In this document: positions 48,518 through 57,100 of the stretch, one piece after another | Numbering within the stretch: the first letter of the stretch is position 1 | Layout: each line of letters begins with the position of its first letter | IMG/VR virus record: IMGVR_UViG_3300023174_000189 | Location: 1-58,681 of that record | Strand: one strand, 5' to 3' | DNA length: 58,681 nucleotides | DNA from: a virus | Taxonomy: Duplodnaviria; Caudoviricetes | The notes under the pieces: generated by a model | The model's database searches: none | The model's input: only the letters and a program-made list of their open reading frames with translations | What the model was told of the DNA's origin: nothing | Made by a program: the position numbers and the translations under genes

Positions 48518-49808
48518 GCTCTATCCTAAATCCTACCTTCTCATCCCCCATTCCTATATCTTCCACTATATTTATCTTTACTATTTCACCCACCATCCCC
48601 TTTATCTCCCTCCCCACTGACTCCCCCCGACCCCGACTACGACACCTTATCTCTAATACTACCTCCCACTTCCCACTACGACTAAAATCCACCACCATAT
48701 CCACCACCCTCTTCAATACCACATACGACTTCCCCACTATTACTTCATCTCCTCCCTTTACAAAATATATATCATCTACATCCCCACCTATAACCTCATC
48801 TTCACACCCATCATAATCCCTATACCCATTCATCACCTCCTTCTCTCCTACACACCTATCATATATGTCCATCACACCATCCCCATCATTATCCAAATCA
48901 GGACACCCATCCTCATCTAAATACCCATCCTTATCTTCACTATCCCCCTCACACCTATCCACACTATCCATCACCCCATCTCCATCCTTATCTCTCTTTA
49001 TAACCACCCCACCCTCTACTCCCACCACACCCCTATAACTTACACTCCCTATCCCACCTGTAAACCCTTGACCCACCCCCACTATTAACCACCCATCATA
49101 CCTAAACCCTATTATCCCATCTATAACATCCCCTAAACCCCCACTATATTTTACCTCCCCCTTTATATCCCACACCCCCATAACCTTATATACAACCCCC
49201 AACCCCACTATCATACCATTACCAAAATAATTAGTCTTCACCTCACCCTTATTTACTACACCTCCACCATCCTTATATCCTATATTTATAACCCACCTCA
49301 CATCCTTTAACTTCCATATACTATCTCCACTTATTAACACCCTATATATATTACTATATACTCCACTATCTGTAGGTACACTTATAACCACTGATAATCC
49401 TATATCCACTCCTAATATACTATACACCCTCAACTTAGGCATCACCCTTATATTATCTCCACCACTCTTATAACTTATAACCCCACCTCTATCACCTGTT
49501 ATATAATTATATCCCACACTCCCACCTATACTTAACCTCCCTCCTATTAATCCATATGTCCCACCTATGTTAACCTGATTGTAATTCTTTATTAAGGCTA
49601 TATTACTATAACTGTCCACTAAAGCATCTCGACTATAATTCATACTCACATTATAATCTAACTCACCCCCACCTAGAACTTTACCACTATCTAATGAATA
49701 TATCTTATACCTGTCTACACTCATCTGACTCGTCTGTATATCCTGTCCATATATATTACTACACCATACTACTATACTTATAAGTATAACTACTAGACTT
49801 CTTATCAT
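48501..49808 (-). CDS. OmpA-family outer-membrane protein with thrombospondin type 3 repeats, degenerate C-terminal domain
   Basis: Signal peptide, alternating beta-strand pattern, DKDGDGVMDSVDRC..EDKDGYLDEDGCPDLDNDGDG repeats, IYF...SY.VL..V start of OmpA-C. Confidence 0.75.
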   Translation of the reverse strand: MIRSLVVILISIVVWCSNIYGQDIQTSQMSVDRYKIYSLDSGKVLGGGELDYNVSMNYSRDALVDSYSNIALIKNYNQVNIGGTYGLIGGRLSIGGSVGYNYITGDRGGVISYKSGGDNIRVMPKLRVYSILGVDIGLSVVISVPTDSGVYSNIYRVLISGDSIWKLKDVRWVINIGYKDGGGVVNKGEVKTNYFGNGMIVGLGVVYKVMGVWDIKGEVKYSGGLGDVIDGIIGFRYDGWLIVGVGQGFTGGIGSVSYRGVVGVEGGVVIKRDKDGDGVMDSVDRCEGDSEDKDGYLDEDGCPDLDNDGDGVMDIYDRCVGEKEVMNGYRDYDGCEDEVIGGDVDDIYFVKGGDEVIVGKSYVVLKRVVDMVVDFSRSGKWEVVLEIRCRSRGRGESVGREIKGMVGEIVKINIVEDIGMGDEKVGFRIELNNRY

Positions 49809-49997
49809 TTTATCACTTCTCCTATATGTTCTTATATAATCCTATAACCCTATAATCTTTCACCTTATAAATAATTAACCCCCTTTCATTTCCACCCCAA
49901 AAATTTTCACCCAAAACTAATTTTCACTTTCACTTTTTACAACTCTCAAAAAAACAAGCCCCCCCTTATATAACCCCCCCCCTCTGGAGAGATACCC

Positions 49998-50100
49998 TTA
50001 TAAATCCCCACCCTATATAAACACCACCCTATACATATATATATCTTATATCTTATAAACACCACCCTATACACGCAGATGTGTAGGTGGGGGGATATAA
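49998..50100. repeat. three direct repeats plus imperfect inverted arm
   Basis: tataaacaccaccctataca at 50016 and 50054, variant at 49998; followed by gtgtaggtgggggg. Confidence 0.7.
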
Positions 50101-50246
50101 GATATATATAAACCCTAGTTAAACTATAGTTTCATTTTCGGAATGTCATTTTCATTACGGACTCAATATGGCTTTTTTGACCCCTGACCCCCCTAAGTCC
50201 TACTTTTTAATGCAGTTCTACAGAGGTTGGGGTAAACCTTGTGAAA

Positions 50247-50708
50247 TTAGGACATTTTATCTATATAGTCTTGTATATCCTCTATATACTCATCTATGTC
50301 TTTATCCCCACTATACCATAAAAGACGAATAAAGCTCAGTACTAGATTACAGATGCTTATCTTAGGATTAAGGCTTAACTCAAATCTCTTTTTTTGATTT
50401 GCCATAACATCTACAATTAACTCAATAGCCGATAAAGTCATATTATTGTCGTAAAATCTCATAGAGGACATGATTTGATTTTTTGTAGGACTTGTTATTC
50501 CGAATTGGTCGTTTTTCATATATGTGCAAATAGACAGATCTTTCTTAAAAAAGAAATTGATCTCATGACTAGATTCTTCTCTTTTAAAACCCAAATCAAC
50601 AAAAAGATCAATCAAAATCTCATTTAATTCTTCAAATGTTTTAGGCTCGTTGCCTACATATTTTATCTCACGATTTTCTTTAATATAATTCGCCATCTTA
50701 CTCGCCAC
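50247..50708 (-). CDS. hypothetical protein, divergent paralog of the next two genes
   Basis: YVGNEPKTFEE...LGF and SICNLVLSFIRLLW. Confidence 0.65.
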   Translation of the reverse strand: MASKMANYIKENREIKYVGNEPKTFEELNEILIDLFVDLGFKREESSHEINFFFKKDLSICTYMKNDQFGITSPTKNQIMSSMRFYDNNMTLSAIELIVDVMANQKKRFELSLNPKISICNLVLSFIRLLWYSGDKDIDEYIEDIQDYIDKMS

Positions 50709-50748
50709 CTCTTAAGCATATACTCTCTCTCTAGGCATAGAGAATTTA

Positions 50749-51198
50749 TTAAATACTATATGCACTCTCTAAACTTTTAAACTGAGCATATAACTCCTTG
50801 TGGTCATATTGAAGTTCCCATAATACACGAATATGATCTAAAAGAAAATTTAACAAGCTAATGCTGTCAGGTAGTTTCAATTCAATTAGACAGTCTATGT
50901 CTTTAGAACTTTTTTTCAAGTGTATGCCACTATGTAATCGTAGGGCTATGTTTCTTAAGTTCTCAGGCTTGAGATAAAAAGTAGACCATACTCCTGTATC
51001 TTCCATTACCACAAGAACTTTATGTCCTATCTTATTGGCAAAGCGAACTTGAATATCGGATTTAATAAATTTGTCTTTGTCCTCAGTAAATTTAAGTTCA
51101 ATTAAAGTTTCTTTCAATATAGAAAAAAACTCATCTATTGTAGTAGGCTCATGCCCTTGATAAATGCTTATACCCTTAGGGGTTTTATAAATAGCCAT
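50749..51198 (-). CDS. hypothetical protein, tandem paralog
   Basis: MAIYKTPKGISIYQGHEPTTIDEFF ... SLLNFLLDHIRVLW. Confidence 0.7.
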   Translation of the reverse strand: MAIYKTPKGISIYQGHEPTTIDEFFSILKETLIELKFTEDKDKFIKSDIQVRFANKIGHKVLVVMEDTGVWSTFYLKPENLRNIALRLHSGIHLKKSSKDIDCLIELKLPDSISLLNFLLDHIRVLWELQYDHKELYAQFKSLESAYSI

Positions 51199-51207
51199 GT
51201 TAAAATC

Positions 51208-51633
51208 CTATGGGTAGGAACTTTGTAGTTGTTTAAATTGTTGAGATAGACTAGGAAGATCATTTTTATGTTGCCATGCTACTCGAATAAAATCTAAAAG
51301 AAAATTCAATAGACTGATATGATCAGGAATGTTTATGTCAATTATTGAGTCTATGTGATTAATGCTAGTGTTTAATCTTATCGCTAGGTTTCTTAAATTC
51401 CCTGCTCTCAGATAAAAGGTTGCCGTTATGAGGTCATTATAGATATTGATAATAACCTTATTTGCTATAATGAGAGAAACTTTAATGTCGCCTTTTACAT
51501 ATATGTCTGTGGGATTCTCAGTAAATTTAAGTTCTATGAGAGATTGTTTCAATATCGTAAAAAACTCATTTATCGTTTTAGGCTCTGTGCCTTGATAAAT
51601 GTTTATACCTTTAGGAGTTTTATAAATTGTCAT
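51208..51633 (-). CDS. hypothetical protein, tandem paralog
   Basis: MTIYKTPKGINIYQGTEPKTINEFF ... SLLNFLLDFIRVAW. Confidence 0.7.
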   Translation of the reverse strand: MTIYKTPKGINIYQGTEPKTINEFFTILKQSLIELKFTENPTDIYVKGDIKVSLIIANKVIINIYNDLITATFYLRAGNLRNLAIRLNTSINHIDSIIDINIPDHISLLNFLLDFIRVAWQHKNDLPSLSQQFKQLQSSYP

Positions 51634-51668
51634 GTTGATGTCCTATGTCTAGGACTTATATTATATTA

Positions 51669-52316
51669 TTAACCCATCAATTCAATGCTGTGTTTAAAAT
51701 GCTCATAGGCAAGTTCTTTTACAGCTTGTGCATACACTTGAATTTCATATTGTGAAGCTTTATCAATTCTCAACTGAATAAAGTGCATTAAGCCTTGTAG
51801 TGATGTTGTCCATATACATTCACTATAAGAGGATAAAGGCAAAACGATACGAGCTTGTTCTCTACATACACCAAGTTGTAATAGTTTCTCATAGTTTTCA
51901 AAAGCAAGATCATAAACTTCATTCATAAGTTGAGTAGCTTGTTCTTGGTTTTCAATAGCTCCATGAGAAGATTGTTTATTCTTATCATCTTGATAACGCC
52001 AGGTATCAGGTTTAAATTCGCCATGTCTTAATTCAGTGTATCGACCACTTTGTTCATTCCATGCACAGCCTATTTGATGTTTCATCCACTGCCTAAGCAC
52101 AAAGATCGGTGCTCTTACTCTAAAAGAAATAAAGCAGTGTCTGAATGGGCTTGTATGTTCATGTTGCCATAAGTAGTTTAAGAGCTTTAAATCTCTGTCA
52201 GTAAAATCTTTTGATTCTTTGCCATAAGAAACACGAGCGACATTAACAACTCTAAGGTCATCACCCATACTATCTATAACTTCAACGAATCCGTCATTAA
52301 ACACATCTTTTCTCAT
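51669..52316 (-). CDS. thyX: flavin-dependent thymidylate synthase
   Basis: ARVSY, HTSPF, APIFVLRQWMKH, NEQSGRY, REQARIVLP, LR....Q.EI. Confidence 0.92.
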   Translation of the reverse strand: MRKDVFNDGFVEVIDSMGDDLRVVNVARVSYGKESKDFTDRDLKLLNYLWQHEHTSPFRHCFISFRVRAPIFVLRQWMKHQIGCAWNEQSGRYTELRHGEFKPDTWRYQDDKNKQSSHGAIENQEQATQLMNEVYDLAFENYEKLLQLGVCREQARIVLPLSSYSECIWTTSLQGLMHFIQLRIDKASQYEIQVYAQAVKELAYEHFKHSIELMG

Positions 52317-52417
52317 TTATATCTTCCCTTGTTTTTGAGATAAATCCTATCTATACTATACATACAATTAAAACGGATTTTAAGATAAATGAGAATAGCC
52401 TATATAAAGACATATGC

Positions 52418-52645
52418 CCACCTATAAATTCTATTCTATAAGACTATATCTATAACCACCTATAAATTCTATCTGTCTATAAAGACTACCTATAAGACTA
52501 TATAGCCACCTATAAATTCTATCTGTCTATAAATTCTATATACTCATCTATAAGACCATATGTCTATATAAGACTATATATGTCTATAAGACTATATAAT
52601 CACCTATAAGAGTATATAATCACTTATAAGAGTATATAAGACTAG
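52418..52645 (+). repeat. iteron-like degenerate direct repeats
   Basis: ccacctataaattctat at 52418, 52456, 52506; multiple ctataagacta; 20-bp tandem cac(c/t)tataagagtatataa at 52601 and 52621. Confidence 0.8.
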
Positions 52646-53322
52646 ATAGATAAGATTAGAGATAAGACAATAAATAGGCAATACAATCCCTATCTACTCT
52701 TAAAGTAGATTTTATATGTATCCATAGATAATATGATATTCCTATCTATACTTATCTATTTGTATCTTAAAGTTCTATTTTTAAGATACATCTACAATCT
52801 TTTGAAAGTAGATTTACTCGTTAAGAAGTTTAGTCTTAATCTTAGTGTTATTGCTATTACTAGTATAAGTAGTATTATTAGTAGTATAAGTATTAGAATG
52901 AGTAGTAGTATTTATTAAAAGATAAATCTTTTTCTAAATATATATATATAAATATACATATAGTAAATCTTAAAGAGAACATAATATTCTCTAAGATCAA
53001 TAGAGTTTATCTTATTGAGAGATTTATAGGTGATGGTAGTAGTAGTGGTAGTGACTAATGGTATTTAACTTAAAGATATTTATTTCAGTATCTACCTTTA
53101 GAGAGAAGATTAAGAATTTAATCTTATGAAGTTCTAAAGTGTTAAATAAGTCTTTATATCATTTAAAGATACTAGACCATAAACTAATCTCTTTATGGGA
53201 GAGATTACATCCATGCACGAGATTAAATAAAATTCAGATAACACCTGCTATGTTAAAAGGTTTACACCTTATAAGTAGATTGATAAACTTTAATATCTTC
53301 AAATTCTTAAAGTCTATACTAA

Positions 53323-53362
53323 AGAAACTGATCTTATAGCCTTGACTATAAGATCAGTTTCT
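53323..53362. repeat. perfect 17-bp inverted repeat, 6-nt loop
   Basis: agaaactgatcttatag-ccttga-ctataagatcagtttct. Confidence 0.9.
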
Positions 53363-53581
53363 AAAACCCCTTATCCACTCTTAAATCTCATTAAGATATT
53401 TAAGTAGCTTTTATTTGTTGTGCATTTTACCTTATGTGGGAATAGAAGGCAAGTAAAAACATTAATATTTTATTATCTCCTAGATCGCTCTATTATTCGT
53501 TTTAAAGAGCTTTTAAGGGTCAAGGGGTATCTTCATATACCCTGAGGTATTTAAGTGCTTAAAAACAGCCTTTTTGGTTGA

Positions 53582-53807
53582 TTTAGGTAAATTTAGGTCT
53601 TGGGGGGAGAAGTTTAGGTAAATGAAGAAAGATTTAGGTGAAACAAGAGAGAAATTAGGTGGGAGGGGGGACAAGTTAGGTGATGGTGAAGAGAATTTAG
53701 GTGAGGGGAGGAAATATTTAGGTCTTGGTGGGAGAAATTTAGGTGGTGAGGAGAAAGATTTAGGTGGTGGGGAGAATAATTTAGGTGAAAGGGAGAATAA
53801 TTTAGGT
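53582..53807 (+). repeat. 12 copies of (T)TTAGGT, mostly at 21-bp period
   Basis: Copies at 53582, 53592, 53613, 53633, 53654, 53675, 53696, 53717, 53738, 53759, 53780, 53801 with G/A-rich spacers. Confidence 0.85.
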
Positions 53808-53858
53808 TTAAAAAGAGAGATTTTTTGTATGATATAATGTCATTTTAAGAAAAGGATT

Positions 53859-54146
53859 ATGTTTATGAGTGATCGAGAAAAATTTAAACAGATTACAAGT
53901 GAGCTAGGAGAACTACTAGCGATGAAAAATGAAGCATACGGCAGTGCTTTTGAAAAGACAACAGAGATACTTAAACTGCTCTATCCTAATGGGATTACTG
54001 TCGAGCAGTATAAAGATGTTCATGTGATTGTTCGTATGCTAGACAAGTTAAGTCGTATAGCAAGAGATAATGACCCAATGGGCGAAGATCCCTTTAAAGA
54101 CATAGCAGGGTATGCCATACTTGCACAAGTCATGAGATCAAAATAG
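53859..54146 (+). CDS. nucleotide-modification-associated domain 1 (DUF1599-like, all-alpha NTP pyrophosphatase-like) protein
   Basis: KNEAYGSAF, VRMLDKLSRI, EDPFKDIAGYAIL. Confidence 0.7.
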   Translation: MFMSDREKFKQITSELGELLAMKNEAYGSAFEKTTEILKLLYPNGITVEQYKDVHVIVRMLDKLSRIARDNDPMGEDPFKDIAGYAILAQVMRSK

Positions 54147-54198
54147 TTTCTTAAAGTCTTTATATTTTCTCTTTTAGAAAAAAGAGAGATATAAAAAA

Positions 54199-57100
54199 AT
54201 GAATATTGTTTTTAAAAATCTAGTTCGATTAGCATATGAAAATCCTAAGTATAGAAAAGAATTGTTTTTTTTATTGCAAAAAAAGACAATGTTGAAAAGA
54301 GCAGATAGTGATGTAAGCAAGATAAAAGAAGATGCAAGTAAAGGGGTTTTTAGTGGATATACTTTAGGAGTGTTGTCTGAATATTATTCAAGCAAAGGGA
54401 GTAAATTTAAAAATCCAAATCCTAGTGGTGGCAAAGATCAAATTGCAATGAGCACTCTTGTGAAATATTATACTGAAGCTCAAGAAAATCCAGAATATAA
54501 TAAATTTTTAGGACAGACCACAAGTGAAATACAAAGGGCATTCAATCAATTTTATTCTGAGTTTGAAAGACAACAAGAACAAAAACAAGAAGAAGATGAA
54601 GATGAGAGTGATGATGAAGTAGTAGATGAAGATGAATTAAGAAAGACTTTAAAAGAGAATGGTATTTCAGAAGCCCTAGCAGGATTAAAAGAGGAACAAA
54701 TAAAAGAGATAGGTTCTTTAGTAGATGAGATTAGCGATCCAGAGAAATTAGGAGTAAACACAGAAGAATTTTATAAATTAGCTGAGAGAATGATGTATGA
54801 GGTGGGCGATGATGAAGTGTGGCTGAGTTGTGGGTTAAAAGACACTCCCGAGGGTTTAGCACAAATGGAAGCCTATTTGAGAGATTTAGGTTTTGATCCT
54901 AAAAAAGTGTTTAATGAGAGTGGAATGAACGATATGAGTTTCTTTGAGCAAAACTTAGGTTTTACAGCTAAGTTTTCAAGACCTGTTGCAAACTTGATTA
55001 AAAAGCAGACAAATAGCTATGAGAGAACAATAGATTTATATGGGAACAAATTGTTTGGTGGTGCAATGAAAATGATAAAGGCAGTCAGTGGTAAAGACTT
55101 AGGTAAATTTGATCCTGACAATCCTGATGCTGTAACACAAAACGAATTTATGCAATATTTAAGTAAAAAATTTAGTACTAAGCCTGTCAATATGGAAGAA
55201 ATAATGAAGTCCTACCATGACGAATTAAAATCAAAATTTAAAGATGATGATTTATTCGATAAGGTCTATGAACAATTAAAGAAAGCAAATTTCTCAACAG
55301 TTCAAACTATGATGAGAAAAGACAGATTAGAAAAGCTAGACAAGTTGAAATTAGATAAAGAACATAAGACGGCTTTAGATGAAATGATAGCTAAAGGGGC
55401 ATTTAAAAAGGCGAGAAAGTATATAGAAGAAAAAAAGATTTTTAGTGAAGATTTGGAAGATTTTATGGGAAAACAGGTTGCACTCAAAGACACAATAAAA
55501 AAACTTACACAAGAGTATTATGAGAAAGAAGATATAGGTATCAATCCTGAAATGAGAAGACAACTAGGCAAGAACACTTATGCTCTCATGGGTTTAGTAA
55601 AAAAAGGTTTTGCAAATGAAATTTCAGAACAATCAGTGGATAAGATAAAAGACTATATAAAAACCAAAGTCACATCTTTTAATTCAAATTCTATTCCCGT
55701 AGATCAAGTTCAAAATCATTTAACAAATCTAAATGAGTATAACAAAGAAGTTTTGAACTATGCTAAAAAGGGAGCTAAAAAAGCCACTATGGCTTCTTTG
55801 GGAGGTATAGGAGGAAAATTGAATGATAAATCGGCTGATCTGATTACAAATAAAATACAATCATATCTTAAAAATAGTTTAGATAAAAAGGGGATTGATT
55901 ATCTTCAAGAAAAATTCTCCCCTGTATTGAAAGAACAACTAGGTTTTGATGAGAAACAAATTAAAGAGTTTTTCTCAATAGAAAAGGGAACAATAGATCA
56001 TTCTATGGGAATGCTAAGAAAGGCTTTAGAAAATAAATTAGATGTTTTCTCGAAACAACATGAAGATACCATTCTTAAATTTATGGGTGAACAAGGAAAT
56101 AAAATAGATGAGATTTTAAACAAAAGCACAGAACTGACAGAGGAATTAAAAGAACAAGTAAAAGACTTAAAACCTGAACAATTAAAAGATTTTCTAAAAG
56201 AAAGATCAGAAGAAGCATTAAAGAAAGCATTAGGTACTAAAATTGATTTTGATGGACTTCAAGAATTACAAATCAAAGAAATGCTTAAAAGCAATAAGAA
56301 AATTTTGTTTGATCTCATACCTGATAAAGACGAATTAAATAACATCACTAAAGATTTGAGTTCTGAGTTAAGTAAAGAATTAAACCCTCTTTATGATAAG
56401 TTCAAAGCAGTGGCTGTTGAAAAAACAGAAATACTTAAACAAGATATTATGAAAGAAGCAAATACAATAGCTGATGATGTAGAAGAAAAAGTTGCTGAGA
56501 AAACAAAAGAACTTTTAGATAAAAATTATGAGATTGCTGATAATTTAGTTAAGGGCGATGCAGGAGAATATCTTAATAAGTTGCTAGGTAAAACAAAAGA
56601 CATCATGGATGACACTGAAAATAAAACAAAGATGTTAAATTCTATTGTTGTGTCTATGAAAGATTTAGCTAGTAATGAAAATCTTTCTGCCGAAGCTAAA
56701 GAAAAAGGGCTAAAATCTTTAAACCTAGTTTTAGCAAATACAAAAAAAGAACTTAGCGAAAACATGAGCTTGTTAAAATTAAAAGACATTCCTGATTCAA
56801 TTAAAGAAAAAGGCTTTGGAGATGTAGACCCCCAAAAACTACTTGAAAAATATAACCCTGATATTTCTGCCTATCAAAAGAAAATTTTAGAACAAGTCCT
56901 CTCAGCTGAAAATCATTTAAAAGATGTTCAAGATAAGATCTCTACCATTAAAGGTTTAGCTGATAGTATTGAAATACCTAAAGACCTCAATGATGTTAAT
57001 TCTCTTGTTAAAAATGGAGTAGGCGAATTAAATTCTCAAATTGAAACTCAAGTTAAATCTACTTTGCATAAAGTCAGAGATGAGGGCATAAAAATGTTAT

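Noticed and set aside
47760-49900. Diversity-generating retroelement as the cause of the skew
   Set aside because: No reverse transcriptase and no template/variable repeat pair seen; the bias spans kilobases and two genes
51196-51210. In-frame TAG linking paralogs 51208..51633 and 50749..51198
   Set aside because: The downstream gene has its own AGGA SD and an ATG at the homologous start; the frame match is likely chance
52418-52645. Possible CRISPR array
   Set aside because: Repeats are short, degenerate and irregularly spaced, spacers are built from the same motif, and no cas genes are present
52733-53339. Short ORFs 52733..52918 and 53139..53339
   Set aside because: No SD, low-complexity AT-rich translation, inside the repeat-rich intergenic region
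53622-53837. 71-aa ORF with LGxxxxx heptad repeats
   Set aside because: The TTAGGT repeats begin upstream of the ATG with non-triplet spacing (10 and 20 bp) and conserve DNA rather than residues; treated as a DNA element, though translation is not excluded
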